Of a stretch of 64,000 bases of DNA, positions 18,341-26,985 are shown piece after piece. The DNA is from Rectinemataceae bacterium (GTDB lineage: Bacteria > Spirochaetota > Spirochaetia > Treponematales > Rectinemataceae). The notes beneath the pieces were generated by a model. The model saw nothing but the letters and a program-made list of their open reading frames with translations, did not search any database and was not told where the DNA came from. Made by a program: the position numbers and the translations under genes. The stretch is taken from positions 4,764-68,763 of the forward strand of contig DATMZF010000029.1 of assembly GCA_035560555.1 (NCBI GenBank). Reading direction: 5' to 3'. Position 1 is the stretch's first letter. Each line of letters starts with the position of its first letter.

Positions 18341-19318
18341 TCACCAGGGATTCGCGGCGTACTCCGCGCGATAGAAAACATCGAGCGCCTGAAGCGTCTT
18401 GAGGAACTGCTCCGGGCCTTGATAGTCGAGGGGAAGGTTGATCTCCTTGGCCTTGGCCTGGAATTCCGGATCGTCGAAGGTTTTCTTCATCGCGTCGGAG
18501 AGCTTCTTGAGGTTGGCCGGATCGATGCCCTTGGGCGCCGCGAGACCGCGCATCGCCATCTGGGTGGCGTTGAATCCGCCTTCCTTAAAGGTCGGGACTT
18601 CGGGCATCCAGCTGAAGCGTTTTTCGGTGCCGACCGCGAGCACGCGGATCTGCTTCGCCTCATACTGGGGCATGATTTCGGAGGCGTTGGCGAACATGAC
18701 TTCTGTGTTGCCGCCCAAAAGAGCGGTCAGGTTCGTGCCGGTGCCTTCGAAGGGAACCTTGAGTACTTTGACGTCATTGTCGGCGATCCACTTTCTCAGC
18801 GTGAGCGCTTCCTGGGTTCCGGGGCCGCCGTAACCTATGCGGAGCTTGCCGGGATTGGCCTTTGCCCAGGCGACGACATCTTGCAGCGTCTTGAACTTGC
18901 TGTCGTACGAAACCATGATGGCGCCCGGGTCGCTGACGAAGTTGGCGATGAGGGCGAAGTCGGAGAGCTTGTACTTTACTTTATCGCCGAGCTGGATCGG
19001 GTTGAAGAGAACGCTCGGCGGGTTGATCATGCCGATCGTGTAGCCGTCGGGCTTGGCCTGGGCGATGGCGGTGAAGCCGAGGGCGCCGCCGGCGCCGGGT
19101 TTGTTCTCGACGACGAAAATACCGCCGATGTATTTTTCGGCGTACTTCAGGATGATGCGCGCGGCGAGGTCGGTGCCGCCGCCGGCGCCGAAGGCCACGA
19201 TCGCCGTGATCGGTCGTTTCGGATAGTCCTGGGCGAAAACTGCCTGCGGCAGGAGCGCCGTCAGCGCCAGCAAGGTCGCCAGCACCATCGCGATCCGCGA
19301 ACCTTTTCTCATGTTCAT
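18341..19318 (-). CDS. tctC: Tripartite tricarboxylate transporter substrate-binding protein (TctC / Bug family)
   Basis: A signal peptide is followed by DYPKRPITAIVAFGAGGGTDLAARI, the typical Bug-family N-terminus. Length is about 325 aa, and the gene is adjacent to tctA and tctB. Confidence 0.85.
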   Translation of the reverse strand: MNMRKGSRIAMVLATLLALTALLPQAVFAQDYPKRPITAIVAFGAGGGTDLAARIILKYAEKYIGGIFVVENKPGAGGALGFTAIAQAKPDGYTIGMINPPSVLFNPIQLGDKVKYKLSDFALIANFVSDPGAIMVSYDSKFKTLQDVVAWAKANPGKLRIGYGGPGTQEALTLRKWIADNDVKVLKVPFEGTGTNLTALLGGNTEVMFANASEIMPQYEAKQIRVLAVGTEKRFSWMPEVPTFKEGGFNATQMAMRGLAAPKGIDPANLKKLSDAMKKTFDDPEFQAKAKEINLPLDYQGPEQFLKTLQALDVFYRAEYAANPW

Positions 19319-19388
19319 AGATTTCCCTCCTTATATCTCTAGCCCGGCTCCAACGAGCACGGGTTTCGTCACCTAATCAAATTCCGGA

Positions 19389-20894
19389 TCAGACTTCCTG
19401 ATCCGTCGCCAGCTTGTCCCTCTTTTTCATCACCGAAGAAGCGATCGAACCGATCAGGATGAGGACGCAAAGCCCCATCATCACGCCGGAAATCGGTCTC
19501 TGGAACAGGTAAAGCAGACCTTTGTCGGACATGCTCAGCGTCTGGATGAGCGTGTATTCCAGATTGTTTCCCAGGATGAATGCCAGGATCACCGCGGCGC
19601 CCGGGATCTCGAGTTTTTTCATGAAGTATCCGACGGCTCCGAACAGGGTCAGGAGGGCGATCTCGGGTATCATCCTGTTGACGCTGTAAACGCCGACCAT
19701 GCAGATGAGAATGATGAGGGGCCCAAGTAGCTTGTAGGGGATGCGCGCCACTTTCGCCCACATGTTAGCCATGGGGAGATTCATAATGAGAAGCACGACG
19801 TTGCCGATGAACATGGACGCGATGAGTCCCCAGAGGAAGGTGGGATTTTTCTCGTAGAGGAGAGGTCCCGGCACGAGCCCATGCATCGTGAAGGCGCCTA
19901 TGAGCATGGCGACCGTCGGGGAGCTCGGGATGCCCAGCGTGAGAAGGGGGATCATGGCGGCGCCGGAAAACGCGTTGTTCGCCGTCTCCGGGGCGGCGAC
20001 GCCTTCGATGGCGCCCTTGCCGAACTGTTCGGGATGCTTCGACACTTTTTTCTCGGTCGAATAGGCCATAAGAGAAGCCACGGAGGCGCTCGCCCCGGGG
20101 ATCAGCCCCAGCACCATGCCAATCACGGTGCCTCTCCCGATCGCCTTGGCCGAAATTCCCCACTCGCTTCTTTTGGGAATGAAGCCCTTCACCTTCGGGG
20201 GAACCGGAATATCCATATTCTTTTCCGCGTTGACCAGAATTTCCGAGATGCCGAAGATTCCCATGGCGAGGACGACGAATTCAACGCCGTCCAGGAGCCA
20301 GAGCTGGCCGAAGGTAAAACGGTCAGTGCCCGTCGCGGGATCCATGCCTATCAGCGACAGGAGGATGCCGAAAACCGCCGCTATCATTCCCTTGGCGATG
20401 GATTTGCCCATCAGGCCGACGATCAGGAGGAGGCCGAAGGACATTATGGCGAAGAACTCGGGCGGTCCGAAACGGACGGCGAACTTGGCGATGGGCGGCC
20501 CGAGGAAGGTGAGGCAGACCAGCGCGACGACGCCGCCGACGAATGAGCCGATGGCCGCGATGCCCAGCGCCGCGCCAGCGCGTCCCTGGCGCGCCATCTG
20601 ATAGCCGTCCAGACAGGTGATGGTGGAGGCGCTTTCCCCGGGCGTGTTGATCAGGACCGAGGTTATCGTGCCGCCGTACATCGCCGCGTAGAAGATGCCC
20701 GACAGCATGATGATGGCCGTCGTGGGTTCCAGGCCGTAGGTCAGAGGAATCAGGATCGCCATGCCCGCGACCGGACCCAGGCCAGGAAGAACGCCGATGA
20801 ACTGGCCGACCGTCACGCCGATGAGGCAAAACAGCAGATTATTCAGCGTCAGCGCCGTCTGGAATCCATGCATGAGCAAGTTAAGTGCTTCCAT
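19389..20894 (-). CDS. tctA: Tripartite tricarboxylate transporter large permease (TctA)
   Basis: A 501-aa polytopic membrane protein with motifs typical of TctA (GVLPGLGPVAGMAILIPLTYG, PGESAS, GLIPGASAS). AGGAGG lies upstream of the ATG. Confidence 0.85.
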   Translation of the reverse strand: MEALNLLMHGFQTALTLNNLLFCLIGVTVGQFIGVLPGLGPVAGMAILIPLTYGLEPTTAIIMLSGIFYAAMYGGTITSVLINTPGESASTITCLDGYQMARQGRAGAALGIAAIGSFVGGVVALVCLTFLGPPIAKFAVRFGPPEFFAIMSFGLLLIVGLMGKSIAKGMIAAVFGILLSLIGMDPATGTDRFTFGQLWLLDGVEFVVLAMGIFGISEILVNAEKNMDIPVPPKVKGFIPKRSEWGISAKAIGRGTVIGMVLGLIPGASASVASLMAYSTEKKVSKHPEQFGKGAIEGVAAPETANNAFSGAAMIPLLTLGIPSSPTVAMLIGAFTMHGLVPGPLLYEKNPTFLWGLIASMFIGNVVLLIMNLPMANMWAKVARIPYKLLGPLIILICMVGVYSVNRMIPEIALLTLFGAVGYFMKKLEIPGAAVILAFILGNNLEYTLIQTLSMSDKGLLYLFQRPISGVMMGLCVLILIGSIASSVMKKRDKLATDQEV

Positions 20895-20906
20895 TTGTAC
20901 CGCCTC

Positions 20907-21353
20907 CTAGAATCCGAGCGCGTTCAGTGGCAACTGCACGCCCAGCAATAAGAACAGGAAATAGATCGCCAAAGTCGAGATGACGGAAATGATCAGGTTT
21001 TTCGCCAGCTTATAGGACTTGAAGAACATGGCGAACAGGAAGGCCGTTCCGCTGATATTGAAGCCCGCGACGGGAAGGAAAAGCACGAACAGAACCATGA
21101 AGATGATGATCATGAGAACTTTCTTGAAACTTTCCTTGGTTATTTCCTCCGCCGAGTCGTTGCCCTTGACGCTTTCATAGATGTAGATCAGGGCCAGAAC
21201 GATCAGGAAGCCAGAGATCCATATAGGGAAGAACCCGGAACCGGGCCCAACCTCGCTTGAATATGGGTATATCAGCGAGTAGGCAAAGAAAAGAATGCCT
21301 ATGGCCAGGAAAACAATCCCTGCCCAGGCGCCTGCCTGCAGCTTTTTCTTCAT
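20907..21353 (-). CDS. tctB: Tripartite tricarboxylate transporter small permease (TctB)
   Basis: A 148-aa protein with four hydrophobic segments, located immediately upstream of tctA. Confidence 0.7.
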   Translation of the reverse strand: MKKKLQAGAWAGIVFLAIGILFFAYSLIYPYSSEVGPGSGFFPIWISGFLIVLALIYIYESVKGNDSAEEITKESFKKVLMIIIFMVLFVLFLPVAGFNISGTAFLFAMFFKSYKLAKNLIISVISTLAIYFLFLLLGVQLPLNALGF

Positions 21354-21367
21354 AGCAACTCCTCCCT

Positions 21368-22363
21368 CTATTTCGACGCCGTTTCAGCGATAGCGCGCTT
21401 GATGAACTCGAACGCGGCCGCGTTGTAGGGCGCGCGTATTTCGCAGCCAGGCGCCAGGAAAAGCCGCCTGCCCCCGGTCTGACGTATCGTCTCGGAGATA
21501 TCCTTCGCGATCTCGGGAAGCTCGCCTTCGGTGATCTTGAATCTCCGAAGTCCGCCCACAAGGCACTTGCCCGTGTCCGCCGCCACGAACTCCCCGATCG
21601 TCGGGGCCGTTTCCCAGACATGCCAGCTTATGCCCTGCGCCGGATAGTCTTTGAGGAGATCGAACAATATCTCGTCACCATGGATATGCATGATGTTGAA
21701 CCAGGAATTCGCCTTGACGGCCTCGAACACCTTGAGGTCGTAGGGAACGCCGAATTCCCTGTACTCCGCCTCGTTCATCCTGCCGCGCTGCGCCATTTGG
21801 CTGGCGAGGAAGATGCCGGCGCAGCCCATCTCGGTGGCCCGTTCGGCGAAGCGCACCGTGGTAGCGGTGAGTATCTCCAATCCGGCCTTTACCTTTTCCG
21901 GATCCGTCCGTATATGCGCCATCAGGTTCGGTCCTGAAAGTTTCAGCGCCGTCGTGAGAGGGGAGAACACCGTGGCGATCACCGGCGCTTCGCCGTGGAG
22001 CTCATCGAGTATCAGCTTGAGCGACCGCAATTCTCTGCCCAGAGCGCCTTTTTCAACATCGAGATCGCTCAATCGCGCCCAATCGGAAGGCTTCGTCACC
22101 GCGAGCTTCGTGGTCTTGGCCACCCCGCCTTTGGGCACTTCGCTGAAGTCGCATCCGCAGTCGTAGTCTTCTATCGAGAACATCCCGTTCGGCATGCTCT
22201 TCACGAAATCGAGATCGTACTCGCGATAGAAAGCCATCGTGCTCTTCGCGAGCCCGGCCGCGTCGAGATCGACGATCGGAAAATGCGTCCAGATGCTGTA
22301 AGGTACTCGGTCGACCGCTTCTCCCTGAAGCGCCTTTTTTGCTCGTTCAATTTTCTCCATCAT
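21368..22363 (-). CDS. Uroporphyrinogen decarboxylase (URO-D) family protein (MtaA/HemE-like fold), substrate unknown
   Basis: The N-terminus is typical of the URO-D family (ERAKKALQGEAVDRVPYSIWTHFP), and the length (331 aa) fits. The start lies 1 nt after the GntR stop (TAG-C-ATG). Confidence 0.7.
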   Translation of the reverse strand: MMEKIERAKKALQGEAVDRVPYSIWTHFPIVDLDAAGLAKSTMAFYREYDLDFVKSMPNGMFSIEDYDCGCDFSEVPKGGVAKTTKLAVTKPSDWARLSDLDVEKGALGRELRSLKLILDELHGEAPVIATVFSPLTTALKLSGPNLMAHIRTDPEKVKAGLEILTATTVRFAERATEMGCAGIFLASQMAQRGRMNEAEYREFGVPYDLKVFEAVKANSWFNIMHIHGDEILFDLLKDYPAQGISWHVWETAPTIGEFVAADTGKCLVGGLRRFKITEGELPEIAKDISETIRQTGGRRLFLAPGCEIRAPYNAAAFEFIKRAIAETASK

Positions 22364-22364
22364 G

Positions 22365-23126
22365 CTATTCCTTGGATGCTTTGGCGTCGGCTGTCCGTGC
22401 CGCCGCGGCGATAGCCTCTTCGATCACTTTCTTGGAGCGTATCAAATGCTCTTTCATTTTCTGGGCGGCGCCCTCGCTGTCGTGAAGCCGTATTCGTTCC
22501 AGTATTTCCTTGTGGTTGTGGAGCCCTTCCTCGTGCAGCGTCGTTTGTTTGTAGATGGCTTCCCTGGCGATATGCAACCAATCGGAAATGTAGAGGTTGA
22601 TTTCCCACATGGCTTTATTGTGCGAAGCCGCGATGACCGCCGTATGAAAACTCATCGACGTGTCCAGGATTTCCTCGCCGGTGCGAAGCTTCCTTTCCAT
22701 GGAGGCTATGGCCTCTTCCATGGCGGCCATGTCGTCCTCATTCCATCGCTGCGCCGCCAGCGAGGCGGCTTGTATCTCGATTCCTTCGCGCGCCTCGAAG
22801 AGGTCCAGCAAGGTGTGCGCGCTATCCATCAGCACGAAGTCTATGTTGCTTATCAGATTGTTGATGCTGATCTTTTTTATGAAGACGCCCTTGCCGCGGA
22901 TTTGTTCCGCGACGCCGGTGAACTCCAGGATTTTCAGCGCTTCGCGAACGGGAACGCGGCTTACGTCGAACATCTGCGCGAGGTCGCGTTCGGAGGGCAA
23001 CATATCGCCTTCCTTGAGCTTTCCTTCCCTGATCCACTGCCGAATCTGGCGGAAGATCTGTGTATACAGCATGCTCCCCCCAGAAGAAGTCGATCGGTCG
23101 AGAGGTTCGATCGGATCTGTTCGCAT
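22365..23126 (-). CDS. GntR-family transcriptional regulator, FadR subfamily (FCD domain)
   Basis: The winged-helix motif is LPSERDLAQMFDVSRVPVREALKILE, followed by a helical FCD-like C-terminal domain. I prefer the start at ATG 23126 (GGAGG upstream). ATG 23072 is also possible. The track start at 23216 would place the candidate promoter and operator inside the gene. Confidence 0.85.
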   Translation of the reverse strand: MRTDPIEPLDRSTSSGGSMLYTQIFRQIRQWIREGKLKEGDMLPSERDLAQMFDVSRVPVREALKILEFTGVAEQIRGKGVFIKKISINNLISNIDFVLMDSAHTLLDLFEAREGIEIQAASLAAQRWNEDDMAAMEEAIASMERKLRTGEEILDTSMSFHTAVIAASHNKAMWEINLYISDWLHIAREAIYKQTTLHEEGLHNHKEILERIRLHDSEGAAQKMKEHLIRSKKVIEEAIAAAARTADAKASKE

Positions 23127-23151
23127 GGCGCCTCCAAACATATATAGTGTT

Positions 23152-23177
23152 TGGTATACTGATATACCGGTATACCA
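23152..23177. promoter_or_regulatory. Candidate GntR operator (autoregulatory site)
   Basis: The sequence is TGGTATAC-TGA-TATACCGGTATACCA. It contains the perfect palindrome TATACCGGTATA (23163-23174) and the 14-mer ATACCGGTATACCA (23164-23177). The same 14-mer occurs at 24376-24389. Confidence 0.5.
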
Positions 23178-23188
23178 TTCTAGATTCC

Positions 23189-23216
23189 ATTCTAGTCCAG
23201 TTTTTAAATTTGTCAA
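23189..23216 (-). promoter_or_regulatory. Sigma70-like promoter for the GntR-URO-D-tctBAC unit
   Basis: On the minus strand: TTGACA (23216-23211), a 16-nt spacer, then TAGAAT (23194-23189). The operator candidate lies just downstream. Confidence 0.4.
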
Positions 23217-23238
23217 CGTCTATGTCGAGAGCCCCGAA

Positions 23239-24330
23239 TCAGCTGACATGCCGAAGCATCTGCGTGGAGTCCATGCCGCTTAAGCCCATGGCTTCCAGCG
23301 AGCGGCCCTCCTTCCAGAAATCTTTTCCGGCCGCGGAACCCGCCAGCTGGACGACGCTTCGGGTCGTCGACATGTCCAATCCCATCTGCTCGCCTATCGT
23401 CACGGTGGGTACTAAGCCGAAAGGCACATCCTCGCTTATGTATCGGTGCTCAAGCCCATCAGGCGTCGTCTGTTTGCTGTAATTGGGGCAGGCATAAATC
23501 GCCTCATAGCAATTTTTGCCCGAGACATTGAAAAAGTCGTGGATCATCGCGGGCAGGGAAACGGGAGGGAGTCCCAGCGCGCGCTGGACCGTCTGTCTTT
23601 CGCCGTCGACGGCGTCCATGACCTTTCCGATTCCGGGGGTGAGATCGTAGTAATTGCTCTTGTAAGGGCCATTCCGCTCGATGCGGCTGAGGTTCAGCAG
23701 CGTCGTGACAGGATGGACGAGGACTCCGGCTTCGTTGAGGCTTGTATCGAAAACATTTTGGGCAGGCACCAACTGGGGGTATACGGGATTGACGCGCCCC
23801 AGCGCTTCTTCAGTGCGGCTGGCGGGAAAGGCCGCGAAGGGCATCCGACGTTTCCCCGCCTTGATCCAGACCCTGCCCGCCCCTCTCAGATGGGCAAGGT
23901 ACAACAGCGATGTGGTTTCCCCGAAGAGAATCTCGCCCTCGCGCCCCGCCTCTTTGAGCATCTTCCCGAAAATCAAGGATGAAAAATAACTGGAGTGAAA
24001 AACGACAGTCTGGTCTTTCCGCACGCAACGTATGAGTTCGCGCATGAATGCTTCGTGCCCATAGGCGGGAACGACGACCATCACAAGTTCGGAGCCCTCG
24101 ACCGCGTCGGGAATGCTCGTCGTGATGAGGGCGAGACGCGCGAAGCCGGGACTGCCCCCCATCGGCGCCGTTCCCGTGAGCTGTATGCCGCCCAAAGCCC
24201 GCGCCGCGGCGATATTTTCCGCCAAGAAAGGCAACTCGGCCAGCCTGATCTCATGGCCGGCCAGGGCCAAGTCCGCCGCCATGGCATGAGCGCCGCTTCC
24301 TCCACCAAGGACCGCAATTTTCACAAGCAC
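23239..24330 (-). CDS. NAD/NADP octopine/nopaline (opine) dehydrogenase family protein
   Basis: The N-terminal Rossmann motif is KIAVLGGGSGAHAMAADLALAGHEIRL. C-terminal motifs are typical of the Octopine_DH domain (VLVHPVTTLLNLSRIE, RYISEDVPFGLVP, GKDFWKEGRSLEAMGL). The start is GTG 24330 or, more likely, GTG 24324 (GAGGT 6 nt upstream). Confidence 0.8.
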   Translation of the reverse strand: MLVKIAVLGGGSGAHAMAADLALAGHEIRLAELPFLAENIAAARALGGIQLTGTAPMGGSPGFARLALITTSIPDAVEGSELVMVVVPAYGHEAFMRELIRCVRKDQTVVFHSSYFSSLIFGKMLKEAGREGEILFGETTSLLYLAHLRGAGRVWIKAGKRRMPFAAFPASRTEEALGRVNPVYPQLVPAQNVFDTSLNEAGVLVHPVTTLLNLSRIERNGPYKSNYYDLTPGIGKVMDAVDGERQTVQRALGLPPVSLPAMIHDFFNVSGKNCYEAIYACPNYSKQTTPDGLEHRYISEDVPFGLVPTVTIGEQMGLDMSTTRSVVQLAGSAAGKDFWKEGRSLEAMGLSGMDSTQMLRHVS

Positions 24331-24360
24331 ACCTCGACGGTAAAACTATTGACTCCCAAC

Positions 24361-24400
24361 GATATTCATATTGGCATACCGGTATACCAATATGAATATC
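24361..24400. promoter_or_regulatory. 40-bp near-perfect palindrome (candidate GntR operator) at the opine-dehydrogenase promoter
   Basis: GATATTCATATTGGCATACC|GGTATACCAATATGAATATC. The arms are reverse complements with a single mismatch. The palindrome lies directly downstream of a -10 element and 31-37 nt upstream of the start codon. Confidence 0.6.
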
Positions 24401-24428
24401 ATAATACAGTACCTTTCAGACTTGTCAA
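24401..24428 (-). promoter_or_regulatory. Sigma70-like promoter of the opine-dehydrogenase-family gene
   Basis: On the minus strand: TTGACA (24428-24423), a 16-nt spacer, then TATTAT (24406-24401). Confidence 0.45.
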
Positions 24429-24430
24429 GC

Positions 24431-25417
24431 TCAAGTTTCCCGTGCCGAACGGGTATCGGCGCTTCGCGTTTCCCGATATTTCTCCGCGAGATAGGCGTAA
24501 AACGTGACCCACTTGTTCTCTACCCCCCGCGCTCCCACATTCCAGGGACAAGAAGTCGGCCCCCATTCAAGCGGATACCGCCCCTTCCCGTCCTTTTTCC
24601 TTTCCAGCAATTCCCACGCCGATTCCAGACGATTATCTTTTCCATAGCCCATTCTGCTCAACGCGCAGAGTATCTGCAGCAAGCCAGAGTTGTAAAGAAA
24701 AGGAAACGAGAGCAGTCGCACGTCCCGGTTCACGAATCGCCGCGTATCGTTTCTTTGAAAAATTCCGTTCCTGTCGAGGAAGTAGCCGACAAGATCCTTG
24801 CAGGACGACAGCTCCCAGTACGCTTCGCCCAATTCCGCGAAGGCTTCCAACGCTTTCGCCGAGCCCCGTACGCAGCTTTTCACCTTTTTCCGGCCTTCCT
24901 TCCTTTCATGGATGTCGCAGAGATAACCGCCGTCGAAGCGGCGGGATTCCAGAAGCAAAGCGATGGCTTTCTTCAGCCTCCCGTCCTCCCGGTAGCCAAA
25001 CTTCAGGAATGTGTTGATGTTGAATCCGAGCAGGCAGGATAAATGCAGATACCAATCGCCGTCTTCGGCCATAAGGCTAAGATAGCGCCCGGCGGCTTTT
25101 TCGATCGTCGGGCTGTCCTTAGTCATGCCCATTTCGGAGAGGTAGGCGAGGCAGTAATGCGTCGTGGAGGAGGCGCAGTATTCGACGCCGTCGCCTATGA
25201 ACTCTCCCGTGCCCGCTTTCTTGTGAAGCCAATAGCCGTCGGGGTGCATTTTGCCGATAATCTTCCGGACCGCCGGCGAATCGGCGATCAAGCGCCTGTG
25301 CGCGGCGATCTCTTCACGGCTCAATGACTGTCCCAGGAGCTCGGTCATCGTCCTGAAACGCAACGAAGGGTCGGAAGGCTCGAGCAGCCATTCCTCGACA
25401 GAGTTTGGTATCGCCAT
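24431..25417 (-). CDS. Hypothetical protein, possibly an alpha/alpha-toroid (prenyltransferase / terpene-cyclase-like repeat) fold
   Basis: I trimmed to ATG 25417 (GGGAGG 6 nt upstream), which removes the overlap with the glpK stop. The fold guess rests only on recurring aromatic/Gly motifs (HPDGYW, EDGDWY, RFDGGYL, DGKGRYPLEW). Confidence 0.4.
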   Translation of the reverse strand: MAIPNSVEEWLLEPSDPSLRFRTMTELLGQSLSREEIAAHRRLIADSPAVRKIIGKMHPDGYWLHKKAGTGEFIGDGVEYCASSTTHYCLAYLSEMGMTKDSPTIEKAAGRYLSLMAEDGDWYLHLSCLLGFNINTFLKFGYREDGRLKKAIALLLESRRFDGGYLCDIHERKEGRKKVKSCVRGSAKALEAFAELGEAYWELSSCKDLVGYFLDRNGIFQRNDTRRFVNRDVRLLSFPFLYNSGLLQILCALSRMGYGKDNRLESAWELLERKKDGKGRYPLEWGPTSCPWNVGARGVENKWVTFYAYLAEKYRETRSADTRSARET

Positions 25418-25434
25418 GGGCGTCCTCCCGGGAC

Positions 25435-26919
25435 TCAATCCCTCAATGCCATATCGATAGCCTTGTTCCACCCCGCGATTTTTTCGGCGCGAAGGGTTTC
25501 AGCCATGGTCGGTCTGTACTCATTCCATTCCGCGAGATCCTCGCAGGAACTCTTGTCGAATACGCCCGTGGCCATGCCGGCGATGAGCGCGACGCCCAGG
25601 CAGGTTTTCTCCTCGTTCTGCGGAATACGCACGGGGCAGTCAAGGATGTCGCTCTGGAACTGCATGAGGTAATGGTTCTTCGTGGGCCCGCCGGCCACGG
25701 CCATGGCGGGCACGTCGACGCCCGAGTCGGCCGTCATGGCGCGCACGACGTCGGCCACCTGATAGGCGATGCTCTCCAGCCCGGCGCGGACTATTTCGGC
25801 GCGCCCGGTCGTGCGCGACATGCCGCAGAGTACGGCCTTCGCCTCGTTTTTCCAGTGCGGCGCCCCGATGCCCGTAAACGCGGGAACGAGGTAGCTGCGA
25901 TCGGCGGGGTTGGCGCCCTGGGCAAGGCTGTCCGTCTCGGCGGGCGAGGCGGCTAACCCCAGATCCTTGCAGAGCCAGGTGACGACGGCGCCCGAGTAGT
26001 TGATCACGCCGTCGAAGGCGTAGCGCAGCCCGCCCGCCGTCTTCCAGGCCACGGAGCTAAGGATACCGTGGTTCGACAGCAGGGGCTTGTCGCCTATGTT
26101 CATCATCACGCAGGAACCGGTGCCAAAGCCGGTCATGCACATTCCCTTTTCCAGGCAGCCCTGGGCAAAGAGAACGGCGTGCGAATCGCCTATCGCCGCA
26201 TGGATGGGGATGGGATTCTCGAGCGCGCCATCGAGGTCGGTATAGCCGTATAGCGCGTCGGAATCGCATATCTCGGGCAGACAGGCCATGGGTATGCCAA
26301 ACAGTTCGCAGGCTTTTTCGTCCCAGCGAAGCTTTTCCAAATTGAGCAGCATCGTCCGCGAAGCGTTGGAGACATCGGTCTTGTGGACCTTTCCGCCGGT
26401 GAGGCTATAGATGACCCAGGAATCCATGGTGCCGCAACACAACTCGCCCCTTTCGGCTCGCTCAAAGGTTCCCTTTACGTTCTGGAAGATCCAGGAGACT
26501 TTCGGGGCCGAAAAGAAGGGCGAAAGGACAAGCCCTGTCGTCTTCCTTATATAATCGGCGCGTCCTTCGCGCTCGAGGCGGGAGCAGACCTGTGAGGCCC
26601 TGTTGCATTGCCATACGATCGCGTTGTGTACGGGTACGCCGGTCTTCCGGTCCCAGACCGCCACCGTTTCGCGCTGGTTCGCCACGCCGATGCAGGAGAT
26701 CGCCCGAGGATCGATGCCGCTGTTTTCTATAAGACGTTTCAACACCGTCAGCACGTTGGCGGCTATCTCCGCCGGGTCGTGCTCCACCCAGCCCATCTCG
26801 TTCACTATCTGGCGGTGGGCGATGTCCTCGCGCGCGGCCAGGCGGCCGTACCTGTCGAACAACATCGCCTTGGTGCTCTGCGTGCTCTGGTCGATTGCGA
26901 TGACGAAGATTTTCTGCAT
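25435..26919 (-). CDS. glpK: Glycerol kinase (FGGY family)
   Basis: The protein is collinear with GlpK: IAIDQSTQSTKA, GWVEHDP, GVANQRETVAVWDRKTGVPVHNAIVWQCNR, SPFFSAPKVSWI, GDSHAVLFAQGC, PAFTGIGAPHW, ESIAYQVADV and FQSDIL. The start at ATG 26919 (GAGGGA upstream) is preferred over 26940. Confidence 0.85.
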   Translation of the reverse strand: MQKIFVIAIDQSTQSTKAMLFDRYGRLAAREDIAHRQIVNEMGWVEHDPAEIAANVLTVLKRLIENSGIDPRAISCIGVANQRETVAVWDRKTGVPVHNAIVWQCNRASQVCSRLEREGRADYIRKTTGLVLSPFFSAPKVSWIFQNVKGTFERAERGELCCGTMDSWVIYSLTGGKVHKTDVSNASRTMLLNLEKLRWDEKACELFGIPMACLPEICDSDALYGYTDLDGALENPIPIHAAIGDSHAVLFAQGCLEKGMCMTGFGTGSCVMMNIGDKPLLSNHGILSSVAWKTAGGLRYAFDGVINYSGAVVTWLCKDLGLAASPAETDSLAQGANPADRSYLVPAFTGIGAPHWKNEAKAVLCGMSRTTGRAEIVRAGLESIAYQVADVVRAMTADSGVDVPAMAVAGGPTKNHYLMQFQSDILDCPVRIPQNEEKTCLGVALIAGMATGVFDKSSCEDLAEWNEYRPTMAETLRAEKIAGWNKAIDMALRD

Positions 26920-26947
26920 GGTTCCCTCAGCTTCCGGCATTGCCGCG

Positions 26948-26985
26948 CGAAAGCCTCGATATGATGTTTCCCTTTGAGGCTTTCG
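26948..26985. promoter_or_regulatory. 10-bp perfect inverted repeat in the glpK upstream region
   Basis: CGAAAGCCTC (26948-26957) pairs with GAGGCTTTCG (26976-26985) across an 18-nt loop. It lies 29 nt upstream of the preferred glpK start. Confidence 0.25.

Noticed and set aside
18260-19342. 360-aa plus-strand ORF
   Set aside because: It is antisense to tctC, which has a signal peptide and the Bug-family N-terminal motif.
23239-24330. Staphylopine/pseudopaline-type opine metallophore cluster (CntM-like dehydrogenase plus family-5 importers)
   Set aside because: No nicotianamine-synthase-like (CntL) or histidine racemase gene is present in the window. The dehydrogenase is linked to a TTT transporter, not to the family-5 ABC operons.
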